64,000 nucleotides of DNA from Octopus vulgaris. Its lineage: Eukaryota. The notes below the pieces were generated by a model. The model made no database searches and was not told the DNA's origin. It saw only the letters and a list, made by a program, of their open reading frames with translations. The position numbers and the translations under genes were made by a program. The stretch spans positions 53,320,001 through 53,384,000 of the forward strand of contig OX597814.1 in NCBI GenBank assembly GCA_951406725.2, read 5' to 3'. Positions 12,314 to 25,205 of this stretch are shown in pieces. Numbering within the stretch: the first letter of the stretch is position 1; each line of letters opens with the position of its first letter.

Positions 12314-12704
12314 AACTTAGCTTTTCTACTAGTAATATTTTAACTTTCCTCTACATCTGATTGTACTAGTGGTCTTTACAATTTGAAACATACAACTTAT
12401 AAATTTATAATCTTGTAGCTACACATATATATAAATATATATGTTCTGTATTGATTGTTTATTGTTTTTTGTCCTGGCTTATAAGGGAAATACACTGGGA
12501 TATGAATATATATATTTTGGTATATACACAGCAATATGATATTCATGGGGATTTCCAAAATTGTTGAGTGTGTATGAGTACCATAGTTCGGGAAGCTGGT
12601 TTTAGATACCGTAATACTAATATGTAATATGTAATAAATGCGAGTCTATATTGAATGTACATTGTTTGTTTTGGATGAGTATATGGGTTTTTGCAGGTAT
12701 TTAT

Positions 12705-13150
12705 TTGGCAGTCTTATATATTGTATATTTAGTGTATCTTTGTACTCATCTTAATTTGTATCCTATGTTATTTATTAATAAATCTATTCATTTACTTATA
12801 TTTGGCTTTATACATATTAGCAGTCTTATATATTTAGTTTATATTTGTACTCATCTTGATTTGTACTTTATGTTATTTCTCTATTTATTTATTCATTTAT
12901 CTATATGTAAATATTTACATAATAGCAGCCTGTATACTAAGTTTATCTATGTACTCATTTTAATGTATATTTTTTTATTTTATTTTATGTTATTTATCTA
13001 TTTATCTATTCATTTATGTATATGTGGATATATACATATTAGCAGTATTATATATTAAGTTTACCTTTGTATTTATCTTAATTTGTATTCTATGGTATTT
13101 ATCTATTTATTTATTCATTTATTTATTTATATGTAGATATATACATACAT
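12705..13150 (+). repeat. Degenerate tandem repeat (about 110-bp unit, about 4 copies) inside the PLE 3' region
   Basis: gcagtcttatata..tttgtactcatctt.atttgta..tatgttattt recurs near 12709, 12820, 12926 and 13042. Confidence 0.6.
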
Positions 13151-14725
13151 ATCCATTATTTATTAAAATATATATATATGTATACAAGCTTTTACTTATA
13201 TTTTCATTTTAATTTTAATTACTTCATCTTATTTTATTTTATTACATTTTAATTTTAAGTAATAACAATTATTAACTTATAATTAATTTAATTTACAATT
13301 ATTTACTTATATACTATTTATTGGTAAGTCCTGTTAATTACTATATATGTATTTATGCGTCCACTGATATTAGTTAATGCTAAATCCTGTTAATTATTAT
13401 ATATGTATTTATGTGTCCACTGATACTTAAAAATATATATATATATAAGTACTAGGAATGTTTACACGCACATCATATGTGAAAATATATGGTGTGTATG
13501 TATATGTTTGTTGTTACACATGAGTATACATATGGATATGTAGATGTGAGTGTAATTCTATTAGTTCGTTTATGAGGGTTTAAATAGGAATATAATAGTA
13601 TTGTAATAATACTAGACTTCTTACGTAGTGATGTTATCTGTATAAGCTATAAGGAGTTATTTTGATTATATATCTTAGAATATTAGCGTATTTTGACTTT
13701 TTACAATTAATTTCTTATAATTTAATTATTATAAACCTCTGTTAACTTAGTATATATATATTTTTATGTCTTTTGATAGACAAACATAAACGGGTATTCT
13801 ATATTTTATAATTTAGTGAATGTTTGAATGAAACATAGCGGTAAAGTTGCGGACATTTTTAGTTCTAAAATATTTTGTTTACGAGAAATACGGTGTCACA
13901 TGAATGATGTACCTTATGACAAATTACACTCTCCATCTGGATATAATTATATGTATGCTTGCATTTACGGATTTATGGACATATGTGAGTGGATCTGTTT
14001 GTAAATACTTAGTTAATACCACCGCCATGGTGCCATCCGGGGAGGGTGGATGTCTGCATGCATGTATGTGCAATCGGTTGAGTTCCTCAGTTTGCATGTG
14101 TATAGTTGGGATAGTACCTCTTATGTTATTTATTTATTTATTTATGATTTGGTTGTGTATGTGGGTATGTCTGTGTGTATGTGTATATGTGTGTGGGTGT
14201 GGGTGTGTGTGTATACATATAACTATGTATGTATGTGCGCACGCTTTGTGGATGTACGTGCGCGTGTGTATGTTTCCTAGCTAACTAACTGTAAAATTTC
14301 TATTGTAATCCAAATTTAAAAGTATAGGCCAATCGAATCCATCTGTGAAAATTAATACCATGCGGGCAGAGGAATTCGACTGATTGCGTATATATGCGGA
14401 TGTCCGCTTGCATTGGATGGTACCGTCGTGGTGATATTAATTTTATTGACTTTTTGTGAAATGACACATTTTAATATATTGGACTGTTTAATATATATGC
14501 CTGCTTTGAGTGTGAGTGTATCTGTTGTGGTTTCTTGATGTTGGTTGAGGAGCTGTGGAGTTCAATATGGAACATTATTGTGTTTGTTGATGTATATTGA
14601 TCTATATTGTTTATATTGTATTATTGTGTATATATATATATATGTAAGAATATGAGTGTGTATGCACACATATTTATATTTATATGTAAATTTTTTAGGA
14701 TTTGTACTCATACTTGCATTAAAAT

Positions 14726-14834
14726 CTCTGAAGAGGCCGTGAGATATTCTTGTTAATGTCTCATTTATACCTGCTTTATATGGCTAATAGGTTAAATGAG
14801 ACATACCTGTCTTCACGGCCGAAACAGCTGTCAG
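14726..14834 (+). ncRNA. Type I hammerhead ribozyme with extended, branched stem II
   Basis: CU-CUGAAGA-GGCCGUGAGAUA..UGUCUUCACGGCC-GAAA-CAGCU-GUC|AG, with an inner hairpin AUGUCUCAUUUA/UAAAUGAGACAU. Stem I is only about 2 bp. Confidence 0.75.
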
Positions 14835-14998
14835 CTACAATGTAAATGTATTTCTATTTCTATTTCTATGTCTTGTTATATTTGTACTATATTAATGTAT
14901 AATATCATTGCTATTGTGTAGTGGTTTAATAAAGTATCGATTGGGTATTATCTGATAGTTGATGATTGATTTAGATATATTTCTCCATTTTCTCATTT

Positions 14999-15061
<63 letters not shown>

Positions 15062-15156
15062 ATCCAAACAAGAAAACACAGAAAAAAAACACAGCAACAT
15101 GAGGACGTGGAACAATTAAGGTATTATTTGACGCTCAGGAAAGAAAGGAAGGAGGA

Positions 15157-15190
15157 TTTAACGTTTCGAGCGGAGCTCTTCGTCGGAAAC
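15157..15190 (-). ncRNA. Minimal hammerhead-like motif in a PLE pLTR fragment (core variant CCGACGA)
   Basis: Minus strand: UUU-CCGACGA-A-GAGC-UCC-GCUC-GAAA-CG-UUA-AA. Confidence 0.55.
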
Positions 15191-15313
15191 AAAGGAGAAG
15201 GAAAGATCCCGAGAAGGGATGACAGAGGAAAAAAATATTTTTGCTGGTGGTGCTCAAGAGATCACATGTTGAAAGAACAGAAGTTGAAGGTGACCACACA
15301 CACACACACACAC

Positions 15314-15356
<43 letters not shown>

Positions 15357-15394
15357 ATGTGTGTGTGTGTGTGTGTATACATATATATATTACC

Positions 15395-16350
15395 TGAAAA
15401 TGTAATCAGGGTATCATCTACCGATGAGACATACTGTTGTATCTAGGACACTGTAAAACGAGATCCGTCGGAAGGATAAGCCCCAAGGATAAAGAAATAA
15501 GAACCTACAGTATGGTGGAAGCCATAGCCACTCATAATAAAAAGGAGTACTGGCGGGATGTCCTAGTGAAAACCTCAATAAAATGTAAATACAATAGACC
15601 TGACATAATGATTTGGGATAAAGAAGAGAAACTGTGTACAGTTGTGGAAATCAGTTGCCCAGTGGATGTTAACATAAAGTTAAAGATCAGCAAAAATATA
15701 CCTACACTGAACTATTGAGTAATTGGCAGTTACTCTATCTAGATTGTAAGTTCAGGTCGCTTATTCTACATTAACGTAATTATTGGGGCACTGGGATAGG
15801 TAACACACTGCCTAAATACCAATCTTGAGAAATCAGGCTTTTCAAAACCAGAAAGGAGAAAGCTGATTCGAAGACCACAGATCCAATCCATCACTGGAGC
15901 TGTAAAAATCTGAAAAATTTTCCAGAAGTTTATCATTTAAATTTATATGCAACTGTATGTATGAGAGTACATACATAAAACATAACATACAAATCTGCAC
16001 ACATACATACATTCATACATAAATACATAATACATACATACATACATACATACATACATACATACATACATACATACATACATACAAGTATATGTAAAAA
16101 TATGTAAGACTTTTCTCAAGTTCCAAATGTGAATTTATCTGTGTTAATTACAGCCCCAAAACGGAGCCTTGTATCTTTGTTGGATACTGGCTTCCTCCTC
16201 AGTGGAAGATTTATAATAGTTAAGATATAGAAGAGACATGTTTACATACATACAAAAATACCCTGTTGAAGTTGTTAAAATTCCAATGAATTCCATCTTG
16301 GTTAGAAACCGGCTCTTTCTCCATTGACAAGAAATCTTGAAATAAAACTA
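15395..16350 (+). mobile_element. R4/Dong-like RLE retrotransposon 3' portion associated with (TACA)n
   Basis: KEYWRDVLVKTSIKCKYNRPDIMIWDKEEKLCTVVEISCP (RPD..E nuclease motif), VIIGALG, and ..IFQKFII*. UTR-like pieces are interleaved with TACA tracts. Confidence 0.8.
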
Positions 16351-16689
16351 ACATACATACATACATACATACATACATACATACATACATACATACATAC
16401 ATACATACATACATACATACATACATGCATACATGCATACATGCATACATGCATACATACATACATACATACATACATACATACATACATACATACATAC
16501 ATACATACATACATACATACATACACAGCATTCGTTCTTTTTGAAGAAGACTTCTATCCAGCCAACGAGAGAAGATGCAGCGCGCAGGTGACCAAAAAAC
16601 CCCCCATTATTCCTGTCTATATTTCTCCTTCCGTGCGTTTGCAACTATAGGAATGGCAGTGTTTCATCGTCACGGACACGCATGATGTC

Positions 16690-16950
16690 CCACTGTTGCA
16701 CTGAACTTAGATGAGAGTAAAGGAGAGTTTTGCCGGACGACTAACCTCAAGCTGTCGTCCCTGACTTCCGAGAAAAAAGACAACACCGCCAAGAAGACTG
16801 AGGATATATTTGGGATACTGTGTATTGATGCGAATGATACATGCGTTTCACCGTGCTCTGAGTTACTCGTCCCACAGTATCATTGCTGGATATCATCTCT
16901 TTGCACTTAGAAACTTTGAAATAGGAACATTTGTGGTTGGGTCTCTTTCG
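16690..16950 (+). mobile_element. Highly degraded mariner transposase remnant
   Basis: FWD..VL-like and YS..IAGYHLF (PYSPDLAPxDYHLF-like) traces. Confidence 0.35.
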
Positions 16951-19154
16951 CATATTTCGCCTATAAACCCAGTACTCGTATGCACCTTTAAACACACACA
17001 CACACGTTGAAAAGTGGTTTGAGGTTGCTGTACAGTTTATGTTGTATAAACAAGAAAAAATTGGGTAACAATGCACAGTAACAAGAGAATTTTTATATTT
17101 TAGGCAAAGACAAAAGCAAGTGTAAAATTTCATTTAAATATTTCCTTTAAATATATTAGAGCTTTTTAATTTACACACGTACACAAACACACTCTCATAC
17201 ACGTACGCATGCACGCACGGATGCATGCACACACATTTACCATCAGTATAATGTATTACAATTATTTATGATATTTGTTTACCATCATTTTAGTTTTGTT
17301 GGTGGATGCAAATCTGGTTGAAATATAAGTTGAAATATAAATGCATAAATGAAATACTGTATCATTGCCAATAATTGATATGTTCGTAAACAGAATGTGT
17401 TTGATATATAAATTGGCCTATCCAATTGTATTACACCGCTAAACTTAATGAGTATTTAAGCAATGTAATCGTGGATAGTTTATGCGTTGGATGTGGTGAT
17501 GATGAAAGAGCAATAACTCTTGAAATCTGCATGTACACCCATTACTTACTTTACTATCTTCGATCGCATTGTTTACATAGACGTATTCATATACGAAATG
17601 TTGTAACTTGCAATACTAGGTCTGACTTCTATAGAAAATCTAATTGAAATAAACTGAAAAGGTTAACATTAAAGTGTGGCGTGTTTCAAATGTCTGATCG
17701 ATAATGCTTAGAACGCGGACATTTCCAGCAGGATATCTGTGTACTGTGAAAAGCATTTTATCTAAAGAAAACCTTGAATCAAACACTTAAATCAGTTGGT
17801 ATTGTTTATGACTAGCGGTGCGTATGGACATAGATAAGGTTGGAAAGAACACTAAAGTTACGCTCACTGTTTTGACGTTGTCAACTTCACAATGAGTACG
17901 ACAGTTAATTGCAAATAATTGTCGTTAAATCACACACTGCCCACAGCTGCTGGCACCTATGAATAATGGATGATACTACATATAAATCAATTTGCCAATC
18001 AGCTAACCTTTGTAAAACAGCAATTCATTGCTGTAGACGTAATGGACTCAAAATTTATCCCTTAAAAGACTACATTTACATGAAATAATATATGATGATT
18101 ATTACAAATAATTATCCTAACTGTATTTTATTGACGTTTTAAGAAGAAAATCAAAACAAGCACGATTTAAAAACTGATAAAACCTCGAGCTGTTACTTGA
18201 ATACAAATAAGGTTCCTTTATCTACGACATTTTAGCAGTGACACTGGTCATTATGCCTTCATAAAAAAGTCTAAGTATGCATATTCTAATATTTAAATGC
18301 GTACACGTGTACATGCGTACGTGCACATACATAAACACATAACATTAATGATTTATCACGTGCAAATCAGAAGAACTGGCATAAATTTAAATTATATAAA
18401 ATATCAATGTGAATGAACTAAGACTGTGAACTCCTCTTCCTTGCTACTGGTATGCAGAAAAGAAGGTGGAGAAAGTTTCTTGGTAGGCCTTTTACGGTTT
18501 GCTAATCGCTCCTCAGCGAACACATAAACGGTCCCCTTCCTCAGTCAACAGCACAGGTCAGCTGCTATACAAAGCAGTCATAAATTATCCTAACGCATTA
18601 GTGGATAGCCAAATCGGAAAATTTGTGCTAGCTCAATTTACAAGTGCTTTATACAATAGCTGATCTGTGCTGTTAATAGGGGAAGGAAGTCCGGAAACGT
18701 CTTGTCTAGGAAGCGTTCAACAAGCCTTGAAACTGATTGGCAAGAAGTTCCTTTTCCCTTTTTGATGCACATCAGTAGTCTAGAATGAATGTTTACATTC
18801 TTAGTTCACTCACAGTGAGGTTTTGCAATATTTAAATTTATTTCAGTTTACATTTCTGATTTCTGTCTGGGAGTTAGCATTGCATTTACTTTCGGAGTAT
18901 CATTTACAAACGTGTACCGGCAAAAATTTACAAAAAGTAGGTTTTCCCGTACGCGTATATAAGTTTAAATACAGGTAAAATAGCCTCATTATGGGATAAA
19001 ACATATATCCAATGAATTACTGGTTTGTTGCCTATTATTATTTTTTTGTGAAAAGTTTAAGTATAATTCTTGGTTTATACACATTCAAATTAAAATCCAG
19101 AAAATGGAGATGTAGCATTAATATAATTTGTTAACTACAAAAATTCAACATGTT

Positions 19155-19236
19155 CTCTTATAGATGTTTCGATTTTGCCCAAAGAATTAAATTCCAGTAA
19201 TTAAAACATTTTATTGGGTAAAATCTCGTCAGAGGA
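19155..19236 (-). ncRNA. Hammerhead ribozyme, partly degenerate
   Basis: Minus strand: CU-CUGACGA-GAUUUUACCC..GGGCAAAAUC-GAAA-CAUCUAUA-AGAG; stem III is mutated relative to the 20826 copy. Confidence 0.6.
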
Positions 19237-19867
19237 GTAGAAAAGACAAACCGTTGGGTTATTAGACGTTATTCTTCCAAAACATCCCAACAGACTGAAT
19301 ATCATTTAATTACTAATATTGGTATAAACCTTGACCAGAGGATAATGAGTTATATTAGGGTAATAATTGGTAAATAAAGGTTAGATAGTGAGTTACAGTA
19401 AATACTTGTATCATATGAATGAGAGAATAAATAAGTGAATATTTTTATAATTTGTTTAAAAAATTGATGGAATTAATATGAAAAATAGCTGAAGTATAAA
19501 TAATCATAGTTAGAAAGGACCTGCGTCTTATTATATATACAGTGTACATACACACAGATGTATATGTATGTATATACATACATATATACACACGTATGCA
19601 CGCGTTCACATTCAAGATATACACTTCTAGGTAATAATGTATACGCATAAGTAACAATATGTGCATATATGTAAAAATACATACGCATAGATTACGCGTA
19701 CATAAACAGTGGGTACAAATATGTATGTATGAAGTACGCTCACGTGAAAATTTTTTTATATGTGCATATACATACACGTACGCACATACGCATTCGTATA
19801 TCAACACGTATACTTAAGCATTAATACATAATTTTAAAAAAATCAATTGTATGTAACACATTTTTCT

Positions 19868-20040
19868 ATAGCGGTATTTCGTCTGTCTTTACGTTCAGAG
19901 TTCAAATTTCGCTGAGGTCGACTTTGCTTTTCATCCTTTCGGGGTGGATAAATTAAATGCCAGTTGCATACTGGGTTCGATATAATCGACTAGCCCCTTC
20001 CCCAACAATTTCGAGCCTTATGCCTAGAGTAGAAAAGAAT
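19868..20040 (+). mobile_element. SINE family A, 5'-truncated, inserted in the PLE
   Basis: gcggtatttcgtc..gagttcaaatttcgctgaggtcgactttgc..tcatcctttcgggg. Confidence 0.8.
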
Positions 20041-20825
20041 ATATTTATTTGACTTAAAGTGCACATAAGTTTTATTAGATGTTTGATTAACATTATAGTA
20101 TTTATTGTAAATTAAATTATTATTTTGTTTTATTTTAGGTTAATTATTTAATATAGTGTTATTTATACCATTTTGGTGGTTAGTGGTATTAATTTTGCTT
20201 TCAGTAATCTTCTGTTTATTATTAATATATATTTCATGCTTTTATGTGTCCTGATTTTTAGTTTTATGCTTATTATTTGTGGGAGTGTAAGTTTTCCAGT
20301 TTTGTTTTTTGCATGTATCTAATTATGTACATATTATTAATAATATTATATTTACAATATTTTATTTTATATTTATATCCAGCGTTAAATAACGCTATAT
20401 TATTGGGGTGTGCATGTTTATTAAATACATCTTTATTGCAAGATAGAGATTTTATTCTTTCATAAATATTATAGACTAGTGCTTTTTTTTATCGATTTCG
20501 GGGGTTGCTTTGAAAATTTATATATTTTAAGATGGGATTGGGTTTTCCAAAAGGATCTTGTAAGTCAGTTGCTAAATTGAAGTTAACATCCAGAAGATTT
20601 ATTGAGCTTTTATCTCTATCGATAGTAATAGAAAAACCATATCTTTTGAAGAATTTGTATAATGGTTTTTTAAAAATTATTTCTAGTCGTCTATTAGAAG
20701 CATTTAAAAAATTGTCATGTATGATCCTCCACGGTTTATATCAATATTAGTAATTGAATGATATTCAATCTATTGAAATGTTTAGGAAAAATGACATCTA
20801 ATAACCTAACGGTAAATCTTTTCAA

Positions 20826-20907
20826 CTCTCTGACGAGATTTAGCCCGATAAAATGTTTTAATTACTGGAATTTAATTCTTTGGGCAAAATCGAAACAGCT
20901 GTAAGAG
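20826..20907 (+). ncRNA. Type I hammerhead ribozyme
   Basis: CUCU-CUGACGA-GAUUUAGCCC..GGGCAAAAUC-GAAA-CAGCU-GUA|AGAG; cleavage after 20903. Confidence 0.85.
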
Positions 20908-20964
20908 AACATGTTGAATTTTTGTAGTAATAAACTATATTAATGCTACATCCCCATTTTCCGA

Positions 20965-21030
<66 letters not shown>

Positions 21031-21360
21031 ATCACAGGTTGAACACAAAGAACACAACAAGGAGAAAAAGTTAGACGAGATCACAGTAACCGGGAAACTA
21101 GACCAAAACTTAACGGACGAGAAATTTAGAATGTCTTGTTTGTTTCTGTCTTAGTATACATTCGCTAGCTTTTCCCTAGTAACCTAATGACAGCACTGGC
21201 ACCTCCAAACTTGAGTGGTCTCAACGGTAATGGCGCGAAACTCAGCTGCGAATATTCTGTGTATCGTCTCTGCTTTCTTGTGTTCTTTCTGTTCTTGTGT
21301 TCTTTCTCCTTCTTGTGCTCTTTCTGTTCAACCCTTGATACCTCCATGTAGAGCAACGTA

Positions 21361-21420
<60 letters not shown>

Positions 21421-21421
<1 letters not shown>

Positions 21422-21786
21422 ACAATGTATATCTAAACACATAAGAGATATCCGTCATAGGATTCCTTGTACCCTAGAAGGAACAACCAAAGTCTAAACC
21501 ACGATTAGGGATTTGAAAATTATAATGTATAAGAGGCACATGCTGGATTGCCTCGTACTTATATTTTTAATCTAGGCGTACCTGTTGATGAAGACTTCGC
21601 CGATCAAATTATCTTATTTGCTAAAAAAAGGTCAGAAAGCATGGTCCAGGAGATAGATGGTAAATGTTTTTATTTTTCATTTCCTTCGAGTTTTTATCCC
21701 TAATAGTGGTTTGGACTTTAGCTGTTCCTTCTAGCGTGAAAGGAATCCTATGACGGATACTGATGTGTTTAAATGTACACTGTATT
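21421..21786. repeat. About 90-bp inverted repeat enclosing a degenerate hammerhead (PLE-like end)
   Basis: 21421-21511 pairs with 21696-21786. The downstream ctaggccactgg..ctc..ttattaatta tail resembles the end of the 7245 unit. Confidence 0.75.
21581..21650 (+). ncRNA. Degenerate hammerhead ribozyme
   Basis: CCUG-UUGAUGA-AGAC..GGUCA-GAAA-GCAUG-GUC|CAGG. Confidence 0.55.
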
Positions 21787-22252
21787 TATATGAATAATAT
21801 ATAGTCTATTGACGAATTTTTCTACACGCTAGGCCACTGGTAGTAAAAAATTCTAAAATCTTTATTACTCTCATATTATTAATTATAAATATATACGCGT
21901 ATGCATGTAGATGTGTGTGTGTATGAGTGTGTGTGAGTATGTTTATATCGTGCGCATGTTTGTATATGTGAATTTAAAATAGGGAGATATTCGAGAGACC
22001 AGATTTCATCTACATGTAATTAAAGATTTCGCATCTACCATTAAATATTCGATAAAGCAGACGACATTTATGTAAATATTTGAATAACATTTAACGACTT
22101 AATCAATGTCTTTTTCATCGATTAGGGTGTGACTGACATTAATCAGTGTAACGATAATCAGTTGAAATGTTAAGTGTCGAAGCCTAATGAGAGTAAACGG
22201 AAATCACACGCCTGTATAGTCAAACGTATACAAGCAAAGGCACGCGTTCATG

Positions 22253-22312
<60 letters not shown>

Positions 22313-22467
22313 GTGTGTGTGTGTCTAAATGCGTACACAACTCATACACACACATACACACAACACACACACACGCACGCACACATACGCAAACACACAA
22401 GCACATATGCACACGAGCACACTCACATATACACCTACGCGCGCGCACACACACGCTCACACACACA

Positions 22468-22506
<39 letters not shown>

Positions 22507-22924
22507 GTTTGCATAGAGATGTAGTTAACAAATTTGCTTTACAGCTGCTTTAAATTTGCTGTACAGATTCGATTCGACTACTGCCACTTGAATTTGACCG
22601 ATATCTTGTGAGTGGAATTTGGAGGAAGGAAACTATGCAGAATCAGTCACACACAAACATACACACACGCATGCACACACACAACGCCCGCGCACACACA
22701 GATAAACACTCACACATACGCACACACTTACTGTCACACTCACATATGCGTTGTGTGTGTGTACGTGTGAATGTTTATGTTACCATGTTGTTTATATCGT
22801 ATCCATTATATTTATGTTTCATTACATAGCAGTTGGTTGAATATGATCGATAAATTAAATACCAGATTGAAACAAATTTGCATGACAGCAGTCTAATGTA
22901 TAAAACCAGTAAAAGAATTATTTA

Positions 22925-24056
22925 CTCCTTTACTCGTTTCAGTCATTTTGACTGCGGCCTCGCTGGAACACCGCCTTATAGGGTTTTAGTCGAAGAAATC
23001 GACCCCAGAACTTATTCTTTGTAAGCCTAGTACTTATTCTATCGGTTTCTTTTACCAAACCGCTAAGTTATGGGGACATAAGCACACCGGTATCGGTCGT
23101 CTGGGGTACAAACGCGATGGCGGGGATACAAACACAGACTTACATACATAAACACACACACACACGCACACATACACACACACATACATACACACACATG
23201 AAGGACTTCTTTCAGTTTCCATCTCCCAAATCCACTCACAAGGCTTTGGTCGGCTCGAGACTATAGTGCCCAAGGTGCCACGCAGTGGGACCGAATCCGG
23301 AACCACGTCGTTGCGAAGCATGCTTCTTTTATTCATTTAATTGGCCACAAGGGCCTTACAAAGAAAGGAAGCTGCGGGTTGGACACGGACATAATGATAT
23401 GGAATGATTAACGATACGATAATAATGAGGGCAACAGCAACGCCCACCGATTGCTGTATACTCGAGAATATTGTTCTTTTATAAAACATTTTGAGACAAC
23501 AAACCTCTTACATGATAACACATTAAGGAGGCAATAGACCTCTTATATTAACGACATACAAAGCCATTTTGAGGCAATAAACCTCTTACACAAGTCCATT
23601 TAGGAATTAAAAATAAATACAATCTTCTTGCCCGACCAAACTTCTAGCCTCAGCAAAACACCCGAACGGCTCCAAGTCGAGCCAATTTAACATAAATCTG
23701 TAGGTATCCTTGGGGAAGGAGTCCATTATCCTGAACAGGTCGTTCTCCCTCATGACCTTCGCAGCCACTTGCGAAGGCCAGTCAGGGTCCTCCGTGCAGG
23801 ACAGAATCCCCTCCCTTCGGCCCTTCGTTTTGAGCTTCCCAACAAAGCGTTCCACTGTCCCTCCCTTATGGAAGAGGACCACAAATTCCTCCTCCGTGGG
23901 GAAGGCTATACAGTTTCCATTTTTGGTGACACAACTCCCACCAAAGATGCTTGGGGACACGCCGGCAGTGTGTCACCAACCGCCAGCGATGTCCCAATCA
24001 CCAACTGCCGGCGATGTAAGAAGCATGCTTCTTACCACACAGCCACGCCTGCGCCT
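22925..24056 (-). mobile_element. tRNA/CORE-type SINE (family B) split by a 691-bp insertion
   Basis: Head ggcgcaggcgtggctgtgtggtaagaagc at 24056-24020; body ggttccggattcggtcccactgcgtggcaccttgggc continues at 23328-22925. Confidence 0.85.
23329..24019 (-). mobile_element. Retroposed insertion with a 14-bp TSD (gaagcatgcttctt)
   Basis: TSD at 23315-23328 and 24020-24033. The minus-strand 3' end is ..aatgaataaaa. Contains the 117-aa ORF 23607..23960, of unknown family. Confidence 0.8.
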
Positions 24057-24101
24057 ACATATATACAATGATTATATAGCGATACTAATAACCAGTTAAA
24101 A

Positions 24102-24287
24102 GGCGGCGAGCTGGCAGAAACGTTAGCACGCCGGGCGAAATGCTTAGCGGTATTTCGTCTGCGTTACGTTGTGAGTTCAAATTCCGCCGAGGTCGACTTT
24201 GCCTTTCATCCTTTCGGGGTCGATAAATTAAGTACCAGTTACGCACTGGGGTCGATGTAATCGGCTTAATCCCTTTGTCTGTCCTTA
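24102..24287 (+). mobile_element. SINE family A with intact tRNA-like head
   Basis: ggcggcgagctggcagaaacgttagc (A box), gagttcaaattcc (B box), gcctttcatcctttcggggtcgataaattaagtaccag core. Confidence 0.9.
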
Positions 24288-24531
24288 TGTAAACAATGCT
24301 TTTAGTAAAAAACAAAAGTGCAGTAGCTGCGTAAATATTTTCACTGGCTTACAACTGTTTCTGATATAAAATTCTTCGAATCCTTCGAATTTTCCATGTC
24401 ACTATTCATTATGAATCATTGATACATACTCTGTGAGGAGGCCCACAAACATAAGAAGTTTGACTTCTTGTTTTAGTCTATTCTTCTATTTAATAGTGCA
24501 TGAAATAAATATTTTATTATTTAAGTACGAG

Positions 24532-24568
<37 letters not shown>

Positions 24569-24603
24569 CAGACACACACATAGACACACAGACACACACA
24601 CAG

Positions 24604-24696
<93 letters not shown>

Positions 24697-25205
24697 CAAA
24701 ATATGATGCATGCTTGCGTTGGAGAAGTAGTTAGAGCTGAGTAAGGAGTGGTGAGAGTTGATCAATAATAACTCTATTGTCCATTGGAAACATGACAGAG
24801 AATCTGAAACTTTACAAGCCAAGCTATTAACCAGAGTTATTTATGGCACTGGCCTAGTCAGAAGCAGATTTTATCGCATTTTGAAATCAACTTGAAATAT
24901 AATGTTGAATATATTACTTCAGAAACATATAATGCTGTTGAAATTTTATTTCAAACAATAAATTTCTCAAGGAGCATATAGAGTATTAGAAATTGTACAT
25001 TATAAATGTTTAAGTGCTATAAAGCCGTGATATATTACGAAGAAACAATGTACGCCATGGGTTCCATTACCGCTTTGCCGTTCGGTTTTCACTTATTCTA
25101 TCATACTAAACATTTCCGACCCTTGTCATTGACTGAATGTATAGTATGGACTCTCCAAGGCTAACCTGTACTTTGACATATAACATGGAAACTTACCATA
25201 TAAAA

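Larger units (their letters stand above)
11751..15000 (+). mobile_element. 5'-truncated Penelope-like retroelement flanked by (TA)n
   Basis: GIY-YIG remnant, long AT-rich 3' region, hammerhead at 14726, AATAAA near 14928, and TA tracts at both ends. Confidence 0.7.
19095..20965 (-). mobile_element. PLE remnant with an inverted 5' pLTR
   Basis: Minus-strand RT-thumb peptide at about 20370-20720 (FFKRYGFSITIDRDKSSINLLDVNFNLATDLQDPFGKPNP..ERIKSLSCNKDVF..ALFNAGY). 19101-19245 and 20818-20962 are inverted copies, each with an HHR. Confidence 0.8.

Noticed and set aside
21180-21255. CUAAUGA..GCGC GAAA hammerhead-like trace
   Set aside because: The core is mutated and there is no convincing stem I or III.
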